From positions 32,001-96,000 of IMG/VR virus record IMGVR_UViG_3300014205_000181: a DNA stretch of 64,000 nt; one strand, 5' to 3'. Positions 27,679-38,955 of the stretch are shown here, in pieces. Position 1 is the stretch's first letter. Every line of letters begins with the position of its first letter. A program made the translations under genes and the position numbers. The DNA comes from a virus (Duplodnaviria; Caudoviricetes). The notes beneath the pieces were generated by a model, which worked only from the letters and a program-made list of their open reading frames with translations, made no database searches and was not told the origin of the DNA.

Positions 27679-30600
27679 ATGATTAAATTAGGTGAGATTT
27701 TTGTCTCTCTAAAGCTGGACTATTCTCAGTATGCTTCTGATTTAAAAAAACAGGAGCAAGCGGCGCTGACTTCCGCCCAGAGGATTGAGAAAGCGAATGT
27801 TTCCTCTAATCAAAAAATTGTTCAATCGCAAGTTGATTCCGGCTCTAAACAACTATCGGCATACGATAAATTCATCGCAGATAAAGATAGATTAACTCAA
27901 AGGTCTGCTGCTGCTATGATAGCGACTCAAGACAAAGCTGCCGCTGCAATAATGAGCAATAATGTAAGGCAAGATGCATTGTTGCGAAAGGTGTCAGACG
28001 ATTATACTTCTTATGATGCCAAAGCTCAATATACCAGGACGCAGTTGGCACAAAAAGCTGCTGCTGCACAGCTACAAATAGATGAAAAACTAAATGCTTC
28101 TATTCTGGCTTCAAAAAAAGCATTAAATCAACAGAGATTAAAAGAAGAATCTGCCGCAGCAAAGGGAGACGAAACCAGCTTTTTTGCGAAAAACGTTGAG
28201 GCGTTAACAAAACGTATTCTAGTGACATCTGCCGCATTGACTATTTTTTATGGCTCTATGAGGGCTATTCGTGCTGAGTTTATGGCTGGATTGGCAGCAG
28301 TAGAAGACTATGAATTAAAAGTCGCATCAATGTCTGCTTTCTTGACTACCTTTAGTAAAAATCTCACAAAGACAAATGCATCTGAAGTCTATCGACAATC
28401 TAATGCCGAAGCGCAAAAACTTGTCCAAACTATGGAAATATTGGACGCTAGGACTATTGCATCTGGTAAAGATTTAACCACAATGGCCGAGCAGTTTATT
28501 AAGGGCGGAATCAAGATTGATACCCAAAATAAAGCCGCCATGGACGGATTTGTAAATATTGCTAACGCCTTAAAATTATTAACAAAGGGGCAGAACCAAG
28601 AAATCCAAATGCGCCAAGAAATCAGGGCGCTGTCTCAAGGGCAAGTAAGAGACCAAAATATTCTTGTTCAGACATTGAAAGGGATTGATCCGCAAATTAA
28701 AGAACATATAAAACTGTGGAAACAACAAGGAACCGTTCTGGAAAATGTTGGCATTCTATTGAAGGGTTTCGGCCCTGCTGCAAAAGACTTAGGCAATACT
28801 TGGGCCGTTGTTGGTAGTACGATGGAAACGATCCACAATAGAGTTTTAAGGGATGCTTTTAGACCGACCTACGAATCTCTAATCGAATCCGCCAAGGCAT
28901 GGAATGCTATGTTGATGAATGTAGACGGGACATTGACGAACTTTGCGAAAACACTAAGTTTTGTTATCGGGTTTATTTCAAAGTTCGTGGAGAATTTTGT
29001 CACAATGGTTGCTATAATTACCCCAATAGCTGCAATAGTTGGTCTTATTGCAGCGGCATTCGGAGTGTTGAACTTTGCGATAAGTGCCTTGACTATAACT
29101 ATGTTGGCGAATCCGTTGACTGCTGGTTTGGTTGTGGTGACAATGGCATTAACCGCTAAAACCGTATATGATTTGGCAAAATCACAAGATTCCCTTAATG
29201 ATAAAACAAAAGAGCTTACGAATTCAACTTATGGATTAAACCAAGAAATAAATAAAACTGGATCGTCTAGTAAAAATAATGGACTGCTTGCCTTCTTGGA
29301 TGAAGCGACAAAGAAGGCAAGCACATTATACACTGAACTAAATAAATTGAAAGGCATAGACGTTAGAGGAATTGGAGGTATGGATAAACCACAAGTACCT
29401 CTCATAAGTAGAGACGTAAGTTTGACTTCTGGCACACAAACTGCTCAATTGGCAACAGCTAGGGGCGAAGTGGATAAAGAAGAATTAGACAATGGTATAG
29501 AATCACTCAAAAAATTAAAGTTGCAATTATCAGACCAAAATGCGCTATATGAGAAAAATAATGAATCCTCAATGAAATATAGGTTGTCGCTTGGGGATTT
29601 AGCAAAAACAATTAGGGATTTAGAATCTACGGGGCAAAAAACTACGGCTGATGCATGGAAACGTTCTCTTTTAATGGAGGCAAGGACTAAAGATGAATTA
29701 GAAGCAAGAACTAAAGCCAATAAAGACGCAGTTTCTGCCCAAGAAAAAGCAGACCGAGATAGAATACAATCATTAGAAAGGTATGAAGATTTAAAAAGAA
29801 GTCTTTACAAAGAAGAAAAAGATAGATTAGAAAAATCTTCCAAAACAGCAGACGATTATTTCGGTAAGCTTCAGAATAAATTAGAATCGCTAGAAGCATC
29901 ACCAGGAGAGACCGAACAATTATTAAATTGGGAAGATAAATTTACGGAAGCAATGTTTGCTGCTGGTAATTCTGTTTCAATAACTTCGGAAGAGCTTGAT
30001 AAATTATATGAAAAAATGGCAAAATTTGATGAAACGATGGGCAAAACAAAAGCAAAGTTAGGCCAAAAAGAAGTAAAAGATTCAAATATCAGAACAGATA
30101 AATTAATGGAGCAAATCTTTCCTAATCAAAAGAGAGAATTAAAGGGAGAGACATTAAAAGATAAATTAGATAAAGAAAAAGCGTTATGGAACACATATAC
30201 TGAAGAGCAAAAGAAACTCTCTGAAATGACGGAAGAAGATTGGACAAAAGCATATGATGGTATAGCTGCTCAACAAGATACTTTTTTTAATGGAGCAAGA
30301 GATGGATTCGATAAATATGCAACAAACACAACTTCTGCTTTTAAAACTGCGTCAGATTCTGTTCAACGAGCCTTTAAGGGTATGGAAGACGCATTAGTCG
30401 AATTTGTAAAAACTGGTAAAATTAGCTTTACCGATATGGTTGATAGTATGGTGAATGATCTAATTAGATATCAAGTTCAACAAAGCATTACTACCCCATT
30501 AGCAGAAGGTTCTAGTTCGTTGTTAGGATTGGCAGGAGCCGCGATAGCTAGTTATTTCGGGGGGGGCGGAGGTGGCACGCCAGAAGCATTTTCCCAAGTA

Positions 30601-31050
30601 AGTTCCTATGATTCGATGGTCGGCACTTCACAACCATTTTCTATGGGATCAGCAAATGGCAATATCTTCAACCAAAGTGGATTCCAAAAATTCGCTAATG
30701 GAGGAGCATTTACTAATTCAGTGGTCTCTAAGCCTACCATTTTCCCATTCGCCAATGGAGTAGGCTTAATGGGCGAAGCTGGTCCAGAAGCGATTATGCC
30801 ACTAAAGAGAACCTCCAGTGGGGCGTTAGGTGTAGTCTCTGAAGGTGGTGGAGCTGTTACAAATGTAATTATAAATAATAATACCTCTGCAACAGCAACC
30901 ACTTCTGAAACACAGAATTCTTCCGGGGGAAAAGATATAACAGTAATGATTGATGAAGTAGTTGGCAACTTGATAATGTCTGGAAGGGGTAAGACTAATA
31001 AAGCTATGCGCTCTACATTTGGCGCTAATCCGATATTGGCTGGGAGATAA
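27679..31050 (+). CDS. Tape measure protein with lambda-family C-terminus
   Basis: 1123 aa, helical; MEDALVEFVKTGKISF, FANGG, GEAGPEAIMPL. Confidence 0.92.
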   Translation: MIKLGEIFVSLKLDYSQYASDLKKQEQAALTSAQRIEKANVSSNQKIVQSQVDSGSKQLSAYDKFIADKDRLTQRSAAAMIATQDKAAAAIMSNNVRQDALLRKVSDDYTSYDAKAQYTRTQLAQKAAAAQLQIDEKLNASILASKKALNQQRLKEESAAAKGDETSFFAKNVEALTKRILVTSAALTIFYGSMRAIRAEFMAGLAAVEDYELKVASMSAFLTTFSKNLTKTNASEVYRQSNAEAQKLVQTMEILDARTIASGKDLTTMAEQFIKGGIKIDTQNKAAMDGFVNIANALKLLTKGQNQEIQMRQEIRALSQGQVRDQNILVQTLKGIDPQIKEHIKLWKQQGTVLENVGILLKGFGPAAKDLGNTWAVVGSTMETIHNRVLRDAFRPTYESLIESAKAWNAMLMNVDGTLTNFAKTLSFVIGFISKFVENFVTMVAIITPIAAIVGLIAAAFGVLNFAISALTITMLANPLTAGLVVVTMALTAKTVYDLAKSQDSLNDKTKELTNSTYGLNQEINKTGSSSKNNGLLAFLDEATKKASTLYTELNKLKGIDVRGIGGMDKPQVPLISRDVSLTSGTQTAQLATARGEVDKEELDNGIESLKKLKLQLSDQNALYEKNNESSMKYRLSLGDLAKTIRDLESTGQKTTADAWKRSLLMEARTKDELEARTKANKDAVSAQEKADRDRIQSLERYEDLKRSLYKEEKDRLEKSSKTADDYFGKLQNKLESLEASPGETEQLLNWEDKFTEAMFAAGNSVSITSEELDKLYEKMAKFDETMGKTKAKLGQKEVKDSNIRTDKLMEQIFPNQKRELKGETLKDKLDKEKALWNTYTEEQKKLSEMTEEDWTKAYDGIAAQQDTFFNGARDGFDKYATNTTSAFKTASDSVQRAFKGMEDALVEFVKTGKISFTDMVDSMVNDLIRYQVQQSITTPLAEGSSSLLGLAGAAIASYFGGGGGGTPEAFSQVSSYDSMVGTSQPFSMGSANGNIFNQSGFQKFANGGAFTNSVVSKPTIFPFANGVGLMGEAGPEAIMPLKRTSSGALGVVSEGGGAVTNVIINNNTSATATTSETQNSSGGKDITVMIDEVVGNLIMSGRGKTNKAMRSTFGANPILAGR

Positions 31051-31053
31051 AAT

Positions 31054-31401
31054 ATGGCTACTTGGCCTGCAACATTACCACAATTACCTTTAGAAGCAGG
31101 GTATTCTGAGAGCACAATAGATACGTCCATTAGAACATCTATGGACGTTGGCCCAGCTAAAGTTAGGCGTAGGATTTCTGCCGGGACTAGAGATCACCAA
31201 ATGCAATTTATCATGACATCTGCCCAATTGTCAGATTTTAAAACATTCTACGAAACTACCTTATTATCTGGCTCATTATCTTATACTTGGGATCATCCAA
31301 GATCAGGGACAAATTATTCATGGAGGATAAAAAAAGCGCCTCAATGGTCTAAACAAGGAGCGTATTATATTGTTCCTCTTGAATTAGAGCAGATACCATG
31401 A
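31054..31401 (+). CDS. Distal tail protein
   Basis: IRTSMDVGPAKVRRR; follows the TMP. Confidence 0.7.
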   Translation: MATWPATLPQLPLEAGYSESTIDTSIRTSMDVGPAKVRRRISAGTRDHQMQFIMTSAQLSDFKTFYETTLLSGSLSYTWDHPRSGTNYSWRIKKAPQWSKQGAYYIVPLELEQIP

Positions 31402-31904
31402 GTCGTTCTACATCTGCTACGTTTAGGGACGCTGTATATCGCCCAGAGACTGGTGAGGTTTATGTTTTATTATTAACTGTTAATCACGATGATTTAACAA
31501 CGCCGATTAGAGTTTCTACTGATAATAATGATACATTTACTGTAGATAGCACAACGGTAAGGGGTACTATATCAAATGGAAATAATTTTATTTATCTTCC
31601 AATGGAGATAACATTGCCTGATGATAGTGATGAGTCTATATCACAGGCAAAAATATCTATAGATAATATAGATAGAGATATTTTAAGAAGTATAAGGTCA
31701 CTTGAATCTCCTCCTACTGTTTCAATTCAGGTTGTGTTGGCATCTTCTCCAAATACATACGAAGCTCAATTCAATAACTTTGTTTTGAGAGACGTAACTG
31801 CTGATTCTTTAGTAATAAGCGGAACCCTATCATTGAGTAATTTTCTTAATGAGCCTTTTCCAGGTGGGACAATACTTCCATCAAACTTTCCTGGTATTTT
31901 CTAA
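31398..31904 (+). CDS. Minor tail protein (DUF1833-like)
   Basis: LLLTVNH, ISIDNIDR, EPFP…PSNFPGIF. Confidence 0.7.
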   Translation: MSRSTSATFRDAVYRPETGEVYVLLLTVNHDDLTTPIRVSTDNNDTFTVDSTTVRGTISNGNNFIYLPMEITLPDDSDESISQAKISIDNIDRDILRSIRSLESPPTVSIQVVLASSPNTYEAQFNNFVLRDVTADSLVISGTLSLSNFLNEPFPGGTILPSNFPGIF

Positions 31905-32302
31905 TGATTGAAATAGATGTTAGCGAATATTGTGATGTGCCATTTTTAGAGAAAGGTCGGTCTATAGAAGGTTGGGATTGTTGGGGGCCTGCATATATCA
32001 TTTATAAAAACAGACTAGGGATAGAGCTTCCTTTATATACAGATAGATATAAAAACACTGAAGATGAGAAAGAACTTGGGCGTTTAATAGGAAAAGAAAA
32101 ATTGATGTGGGAGGAGGTTGATAACCCCGAGCCATATGATTTAGTTAATTTGAGACTAAAGAACCAGCCAATGCACGTTGGTGTTTGTATTGGGAATGGT
32201 AAATTTTTGCACTGTATGGAAAACGTAGGAACAACGGTAGAGAAATTAAAATCATTAACTTGGAGAGACAGAATAATTGGATTCTATCGTTACTCAAAAT
32301 AA
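31904..32302 (+). CDS. NlpC/P60 tail-associated peptidase
   Basis: GRSIEGWDCWG, HVGVCIGNGKFLH. Confidence 0.85.
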   Translation: MIEIDVSEYCDVPFLEKGRSIEGWDCWGPAYIIYKNRLGIELPLYTDRYKNTEDEKELGRLIGKEKLMWEEVDNPEPYDLVNLRLKNQPMHVGVCIGNGKFLHCMENVGTTVEKLKSLTWRDRIIGFYRYSK

Positions 32303-35300
32303 AGTATCCGTAATTGCGTGTAAAAATCCGCTTACTATGCAAAAAACTGATTACGTTTTTTGCGAAGGGTTGACTATTGCCCAAATGCTGGAAGTAGTCA
32401 ATATCCCATATTATGTTAGTGTATTGGTTTCTATTGACGGAGTTCCCGCCCCAGCAGATCAGTATAAACATATTATCCCGGCAAAAGGTTCTTTGGTTAC
32501 AATGAGGACTGTTCCTACTGGTGGCGGTGGGAGTAAAAGCCCATTGAGAACGATTTTAACTATTGTTGTTATTGCCTTGGCGACTATAACCCAACAACAT
32601 TGGGTCACTGCTGGATATATAGGTGGTGCTGCCGGGGCCTACGTCGCTGCCGGGGTCGTGATGACGGTAGGCATGTTGATAGTCAACGCCATCGCACCTC
32701 CCCCAATTCCTTCATCTCTTTCAGGTTCTCAACAAACATATAAAGATTCTCCTTCTTATGCTTTGTCTGGTGCAAGAAATACAATATCTCCATATGGTGT
32801 AATCCCTATGTTATTAGGGAGACATAGAATTACACCCCCATATGGTGCATTGCCATATACAGAAAATTTAGGAGATGATCAGTTTCTAAGATGCCTATTT
32901 TGTAACGGATATGGGAGGCTAGTATATTCAGATCATAAACTTGGTGAGACACCAATAGCCTCATTTTCCGATGTGGAGATAGAAACAAGAGATGGTAGCG
33001 ACAGCACGAACACATCATTGTATCCAGGCGATGTTTTTCAGCAGGATTTAGCAGTTACATTGGTACAATCAGAAAGTTGGAGCGTAAGGACAACGCAGCC
33101 GGATACAACGAGAATATCAGTTGACGTAACCTATCCTAGGGGTTTAGTGAGTTTTAATGATGATGGTTCAAGAGCAACTGTTACATCTCAGCTAGAATTT
33201 CAATATGCAGTCAAAGATTCAGGAGTATGGCATGGTAGCGTTAGTGGTGTGTCGTTCGTAAGCCGTAATATATCTGGGTCTTATTATACAGATCCATTAC
33301 AAGAAAGGAAAGATATCCTTATAATGGATAAAATATCTGGGACGTTATCCATTATAAGTGGTCAGGTAGGGTATCCTGGTTCGTATTGGCCAGCTTTGTC
33401 GCCAACAATACCAAGCTGGGCCGAAGGACTTGCAAGCTGGGATGTTGGCGAGTCGGCTATTTCCGCATTTACAGATATAAGAAAGACATCATTTGTAACT
33501 GCGGGGTATTTTGTCCCATCTCATATTTCTGGATTAGCTTTTTCTGTAGGAGCTGGTGTTTTAGTTTCCGATTTCTTTAATATCTCTGGAGCAACAACAT
33601 CAATTATAAGGAGAACTCTGTCTATCCCAGTTTCGGCTGGACAATATGATGTAAGGATGAGAAGGGTTTCTGCCGACACAAGTTCCGATAGGATTTTGGA
33701 TGATGTTCAATGGACAGCTCTAAGATCATTTCAAACTGGTAGTCCGATTCTAGAACAAAATATGGCTAGGACCGCTTTAAGGATAAGGGCTACTGATCAA
33801 TTAAATGGAGCTATTGATAATTATAATTGCATAGCACAGTTGATTTGCCCTGATTATGATGTGACCACAGATACATGGATAACTCGCCCAACATCAAACC
33901 CTGCATCTTTATATAGATATGTATTGCAAGGTCCAGCAAATAAGAGACCATTGGTGGATTCCGAAGTTGATCTGGACATATTGGCGGAATGGCATGGTGT
34001 TTGCGAAAGCAATGGATTTTCTTTCAATCACTATTTCGATTATAGGACAAGTGTTGATGCCGTTTTGCAAATGGTTGCTGCCGCCGGAAGAGCCGCTCCT
34101 GGCTATGTGGACGGGAAATATGCTGTAGTAATGGATAGGATACAATCAAATATTGCACAACATTTTACCCCTAGGAACTCTTGGGGGTATTCTTATAATA
34201 AAGCATTTTTAGACAGACCGCACGCTTTTAGAGTCAAATTTTGGAACAAAGACGCTGATTGGAGAGAAGACGAAAGAATAGTTTATGATGATGGATATTC
34301 TGAGGCTAATGCTACTTTATTTGAAGAAATGTCTCTGCCTGGAATAAATACTTCCGCATTAGCTTGGAAACACGGTAGATATCATATAGCCACTGCTAGG
34401 CTTAGACCAGAAAGACATACATTTAATTCTGATTTCGAATATCTTACATGTACTAGGGGAGACAGAATAAAATTTACAAATGATGTTATTTCTGTCGGTC
34501 TGGGTTACGGGAGAGTAAAAAGCTATACTGATGATGGGACGAATGTAACTACCGTCACGGTTGATGAAGAATTATCAATGGAATCTGGGAAAACATACCA
34601 ATTCAGAATAAGACAACATGATGGTGATTCATTAGAAATACCATTAGTCACTTCAGTCGGAACAAGTGATACATTCACTGTTAATATGACCCTCCCGATT
34701 GCAAATGCTCCTGATATAGGAGCCATTATGATGTATGGAGAAACGGAATCAGAATCAATTGATCTTATAGTAAAAGATATATCTCCCCAATCAGATTATA
34801 CTGCTCAATTAACGTGTTTGTCTTATGCACCAGAAGTTCATAGTTCAGATACTGGGACTATTCCTTCATTTTCTACGAATATAACTATCCCAGTAGACAG
34901 GGCATCTGTTTATATTCCTCAATTCACATTAAGGTCAGATGAATCTACACTAATAATTATCGGGAATACTTTCGTTCCGAGGATAGTGGCGACATTTCAG
35001 AGTCAAGTAGTTCCACCTGGACTTATAGACAGTATAGAAGTCCAGTATAGATTGAAGGGAACTCAAAACCCTTGTATTTCTGTATTTTCTATAAATAATG
35101 ATATTTCTCTTGAAGACGAAATATTCCAGGGGAAAACTTATACTATCCAAGCTAGATATCATATAGACGGGAAGGCTGGACTTTGGAGTCCATGCCAAAC
35201 ACATACGGTTGTGGGGTTGTCCACAAATCCATCAGATGTTGAAAATTTTAATGTAAATATTTTAGGGCAAACTGCTTATTTGTCTTGGGATGCGGTGACA

Positions 35301-36287
35301 GACTCTGATTTGTCGCATTATATTATAAAATTTTCAACCGCTGTGGCTGGCGCTACTTGGGGTAGTTCAGTTTCTTTGGTTGAAAAAATAGGAAAACCAA
35401 ACACAAGTATTTCTGTCCCTGCAATGACTGGGAGTTATTTAATTAAGGCTGTCGATTTTTCTACTCCAGCTATAGAAAGTATTAACGCTACGGTTATTTC
35501 TACAACTGTTCCAGGATTGGAAAATTTAAATGTGGTTAGTACACTTACAGAACACTCTTCATTTTTAGGTACAAAAACTAATTGTGAAGTTGTAGGATCA
35601 AACTTAAGATTATCATCTGTAGATACATTATCTGATTGGACAACACTATCTTCGGTTAGAAATTTGTATTTTGGAGTAAATGGGATTAATACTTCAGGAA
35701 TGTACGAGTTTTATAACTCACAAGACTTAGGAGACGTTTATTCTAGTAGATTATCAGCAACAATGTTAGTAAGTGGAAATAATATAGCAAATTTTATGTC
35801 TGGTTGGCTAGCTCTTTCTTCTGTCGAGAGTTTGTCTGGGACAGATCCTTCAATGTGGGCTGCTTATTTAGAATTGAGGACTACTAATGATGACCCATCC
35901 GCCACTCCTACGTGGAGTGGGTGGCAACCATTTATAGTAGGAGACTATTTAGCTAGGGCGTATGAATTTAGGTTGAATTTAATTTCTACGTCTTCATCAA
36001 TAACGCCAGACGTGTCATCATTATCGGTCAGAATAGATATGCCAGACAGGGTATATGGAGATGATGATGTTGTTTGTCTGAACACTGGACTTTCTGTATT
36101 ATTCTCTCCGGCATTTAAAGAAAAACCAGCCATCGCTGTTTCTGGGCAAAATATGGGAACAGGTGATTATTATGTTATATCAAATCAGTCTGCTTCTGGA
36201 TTTGATATAACTTTTTATAATTCTTCGGCAGTTGGGATAGAAAAAACATTTGATTTTGTTGCTAAGGGTTTTGGGTACGTTAATTAA
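32277..36287 (+). CDS. Central tail tip / host-specificity protein (gpI-gpJ-like fusion with FN3 domains)
   Basis: PYGVIPMLLGRHR, GQYDVRMRR, TSNPA, RGDRI; 1336 aa. Confidence 0.85.
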   Translation: MDSIVTQNKVSVIACKNPLTMQKTDYVFCEGLTIAQMLEVVNIPYYVSVLVSIDGVPAPADQYKHIIPAKGSLVTMRTVPTGGGGSKSPLRTILTIVVIALATITQQHWVTAGYIGGAAGAYVAAGVVMTVGMLIVNAIAPPPIPSSLSGSQQTYKDSPSYALSGARNTISPYGVIPMLLGRHRITPPYGALPYTENLGDDQFLRCLFCNGYGRLVYSDHKLGETPIASFSDVEIETRDGSDSTNTSLYPGDVFQQDLAVTLVQSESWSVRTTQPDTTRISVDVTYPRGLVSFNDDGSRATVTSQLEFQYAVKDSGVWHGSVSGVSFVSRNISGSYYTDPLQERKDILIMDKISGTLSIISGQVGYPGSYWPALSPTIPSWAEGLASWDVGESAISAFTDIRKTSFVTAGYFVPSHISGLAFSVGAGVLVSDFFNISGATTSIIRRTLSIPVSAGQYDVRMRRVSADTSSDRILDDVQWTALRSFQTGSPILEQNMARTALRIRATDQLNGAIDNYNCIAQLICPDYDVTTDTWITRPTSNPASLYRYVLQGPANKRPLVDSEVDLDILAEWHGVCESNGFSFNHYFDYRTSVDAVLQMVAAAGRAAPGYVDGKYAVVMDRIQSNIAQHFTPRNSWGYSYNKAFLDRPHAFRVKFWNKDADWREDERIVYDDGYSEANATLFEEMSLPGINTSALAWKHGRYHIATARLRPERHTFNSDFEYLTCTRGDRIKFTNDVISVGLGYGRVKSYTDDGTNVTTVTVDEELSMESGKTYQFRIRQHDGDSLEIPLVTSVGTSDTFTVNMTLPIANAPDIGAIMMYGETESESIDLIVKDISPQSDYTAQLTCLSYAPEVHSSDTGTIPSFSTNITIPVDRASVYIPQFTLRSDESTLIIIGNTFVPRIVATFQSQVVPPGLIDSIEVQYRLKGTQNPCISVFSINNDISLEDEIFQGKTYTIQARYHIDGKAGLWSPCQTHTVVGLSTNPSDVENFNVNILGQTAYLSWDAVTDSDLSHYIIKFSTAVAGATWGSSVSLVEKIGKPNTSISVPAMTGSYLIKAVDFSTPAIESINATVISTTVPGLENLNVVSTLTEHSSFLGTKTNCEVVGSNLRLSSVDTLSDWTTLSSVRNLYFGVNGINTSGMYEFYNSQDLGDVYSSRLSATMLVSGNNIANFMSGWLALSSVESLSGTDPSMWAAYLELRTTNDDPSATPTWSGWQPFIVGDYLARAYEFRLNLISTSSSITPDVSSLSVRIDMPDRVYGDDDVVCLNTGLSVLFSPAFKEKPAIAVSGQNMGTGDYYVISNQSASGFDITFYNSSAVGIEKTFDFVAKGFGYVN

Positions 36288-36299
36288 AGGAGGTTTTGA

Positions 36300-37199
36300 A
36301 TGAGTCAATTCACACATGGGGTAATCAATCCAGATACAGAGACTGGGACCCAATTAGCACTTGATTTAGCAAGTGAAGAGTCGTCGCAAAATACAAATCA
36401 TAGTGGTGCTTCTAGGCCATCTTATGCTGTAACAGGTATGATTTGGATTAAGACAGTTTCGGGAACGCTGCATGAAATATACTATTTTGATGGGACTGAT
36501 GATATACTTGTTGGGTCAATAAATCCTACGACTAATACGTGGGGGCAAACATTTACAGGCCTCGTTAATTTAGCTGCTGGGGCAGACATAGCCTCCGCTG
36601 CCACTATTGACCTCACGGCTGCCACCGGCAACTCCCCACGGATCACCGGGACAACGCCTACAAGTGCCGTGACAATGAACACCGGCCAACAGATGGTTGT
36701 CGTGGCCGATGGAGCATGGCCATTGACTTATCATGCGACAATGAATAAACTTAACACCGGGTCGGATTACACTTGCACCGCTGGCGATATAATTTCTTAC
36801 TCAAAGGATTTATCCGGCGTTATTCACGGGATAATTCATAGGGTGACGTGGGCCGAAAGCATTCACTTCACGCGAGACTTAGCGGCGGCATCGGGAAATG
36901 TTAGTTATACCGGTTTTACTTTTACTCCGAAAAGTATACTAATCACAGGAATCAAAGCTGGGGCCACACTAAGCTCTAGGGGTATTGGCAAGGTTGGGAC
37001 TAATTATTGCGATTACCACGACGGAACAAATTGGTGGTCAGGAACAAATTATGCCGTAATAGTATCTACCGACAGCGGAGTTACTAATGCCCAAGCTGGT
37101 GTTGTGGCGTCTAGTAGCCCAGGAGAAGTGACTATTGCCTGGACCAAATCTGGTACGCCGACCGGCACAATAAATTTGCAAATAACTGCATTTGCATAA
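36300..37199 (+). CDS. Tail fiber / receptor-binding protein
   Basis: NHSGASRPSYAVTGMIW attachment-type N-terminus; GC-richer C-terminal part. Confidence 0.65.
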   Translation: MSQFTHGVINPDTETGTQLALDLASEESSQNTNHSGASRPSYAVTGMIWIKTVSGTLHEIYYFDGTDDILVGSINPTTNTWGQTFTGLVNLAAGADIASAATIDLTAATGNSPRITGTTPTSAVTMNTGQQMVVVADGAWPLTYHATMNKLNTGSDYTCTAGDIISYSKDLSGVIHGIIHRVTWAESIHFTRDLAAASGNVSYTGFTFTPKSILITGIKAGATLSSRGIGKVGTNYCDYHDGTNWWSGTNYAVIVSTDSGVTNAQAGVVASSSPGEVTIAWTKSGTPTGTINLQITAFA

Positions 37200-37211
37200 T
37201 AGGGGGAACAC

Positions 37212-37754
37212 GTGAAAATATATCGGAGAACCTCAGATGGACTGGAAATTCAGGATGCACTTGACCGCGACTTGGCGTGGGTTACGCTGACGTATGGGGT
37301 GGGGTTTGTAGAAATTATCCCTCCAACCCCCACGGCGGCGGAACTATGCTCTACTGCTTGTTTATCAAGATGCAAAGAAGTAGACATGCTTTACTCCTCT
37401 AAGATATTCACGGATGTCGCGGTGACATTTCCGGCTGGTGATAAAGTAATCCAGTTCCGGGATAATACCGACAGATCAAACTTGGAGAGTGTCTGCGCCG
37501 GTGCCACTGCTCTTGTTGCGTTGGGTCAAGGTGAAACGCAAATGGTATATCGCACCATTGATGATGTGAATCAGGCTGTAACAGCGGCGCAAATGGCCGC
37601 TATAGGGCTTTCGGTGTTGTCTATGAAACAGGCCATTACAAATCAGCGGTGGGCGCACAAAGATGCGATATGTGCGATTTATGAGGACTTGCTAAAGTCT
37701 GATGAGCAGAAATTAATCGACCTTGCTGGATATGATATTCAGGTTGGATGGTAA
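37212..37754 (+). CDS. Tail fiber assembly protein (DUF4376-like)
   Basis: QFRDNTDRSNL, YRTIDD, DIQVGW ending; follows the fiber gene. Confidence 0.6.
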   Translation: MKIYRRTSDGLEIQDALDRDLAWVTLTYGVGFVEIIPPTPTAAELCSTACLSRCKEVDMLYSSKIFTDVAVTFPAGDKVIQFRDNTDRSNLESVCAGATALVALGQGETQMVYRTIDDVNQAVTAAQMAAIGLSVLSMKQAITNQRWAHKDAICAIYEDLLKSDEQKLIDLAGYDIQVGW

Positions 37755-37865
37755 ACTCATAACAAAAGGAGGAAGTCATGCCTGGATCACCAAAGCCGAA
37801 AGGCAAGCCGCAGAGCAGAGACCCGAGGACAAGGCGTTCCAATAGACGTTCTGCAAATTAATCTT

Positions 37866-38078
37866 ATGAGACTAAAGTACTTAATGCCAATAATAAAAAG
37901 AAATACTAAATTATGTGTTGGTTGCGGAAATTGTGAATATATTTTAGGAAAAGATATAATAAAAAGATTAGAAATCAATAAATTAGAATTAAATAAAGAG
38001 GAATATGATTTAAATAAAGGTAAAATATTAAAAGCCCTAGACAAATGTTATTTGGAGGCGTTAACAATGGAGGAATAA
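37866..38078 (+). CDS. Hypothetical protein
   Basis: ORF track. Confidence 0.4.
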   Translation: MRLKYLMPIIKRNTKLCVGCGNCEYILGKDIIKRLEINKLELNKEEYDLNKGKILKALDKCYLEALTMEE

Positions 38079-38080
38079 AA

Positions 38081-38380
38081 ATGGTAATAACACCGGAAAT
38101 TGTATCAACCGTAATCGTTTTAATGAAGATATTTGGAACTGTAATTGTATTTTTGTTATCTGTAATTTGTGTATTGGGCGGTGTTATTTGGAAGGATTTA
38201 AGGGCTGAAATAAAAATGATAAAAAACGATTCTTTAAATTTATTGAATAATTTTAAAATAGAAGATGAAAAGAAATGCAACTCATGTTCCTCAAGGATTA
38301 AAGACGAACGTGATTCTTTAATAAAAGAATGTGACGATTTATGGAGTGCCATTGAAGTTTGTTGCCCCAGAGTAAAATAA
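38081..38380 (+). CDS. Holin-like membrane protein
   Basis: N-terminal hydrophobic helix; immediately precedes the endolysin; GGAGG RBS. Confidence 0.5.
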   Translation: MVITPEIVSTVIVLMKIFGTVIVFLLSVICVLGGVIWKDLRAEIKMIKNDSLNLLNNFKIEDEKKCNSCSSRIKDERDSLIKECDDLWSAIEVCCPRVK

Positions 38381-38934
38381 TGGCTGATTTTAAAGATTCG
38401 ATAAAAATACTGATGGAATTAGAGTTCAATAATCCAGGAAATGCACTACATAAAAACAAGACAGAATCTGGGTATACTTATATGGGAATATATCAGAAAG
38501 CTCATCCTAAATGGGAAGGGTGGAAGATTGTTTTAGAGTATTTAGAAAAATATAAAAATATTAAAATTGCTTCTAAAAATTTATATATAAATGAACCATT
38601 AACCTTCTTGGTTAATTTGTTTTATAAAAAGACGTTTTGGGATAAAGCAAATCTTGATTTAATTAACTCTCAAAAAATATCAAATGAGATTTTTATATTT
38701 GGGGTTAACTCAGGGATGCCAGTGGCTATTAAAACAGCACAAAAATTAGTAGGAATTAGTCCAGATGGTGACGTAAGAGCAAAGACAATAAAGACATTGA
38801 ATAATTTTGATGAGAAAGTATTTGATGCAGAATATGATTTACTCGAACAAAAACATTATGCTATGTTAATTGAAAGGAATCCAAAATTAAAGATTTACGC
38901 GAATGGTTGGAGAAATAGAAGTATAGCTGTGTAG
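38380..38934 (+). CDS. Endolysin, glycoside hydrolase 108-like, with peptidoglycan-binding C-terminus
   Basis: LEF…GYTYMGIY…HPKW, FYKKTFWD, FGVNSG, GWRNR. Confidence 0.8.
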   Translation: MADFKDSIKILMELEFNNPGNALHKNKTESGYTYMGIYQKAHPKWEGWKIVLEYLEKYKNIKIASKNLYINEPLTFLVNLFYKKTFWDKANLDLINSQKISNEIFIFGVNSGMPVAIKTAQKLVGISPDGDVRAKTIKTLNNFDEKVFDAEYDLLEQKHYAMLIERNPKLKIYANGWRNRSIAV

Positions 38935-38955
38935 AGTATAATATGGAGGGTTGAT

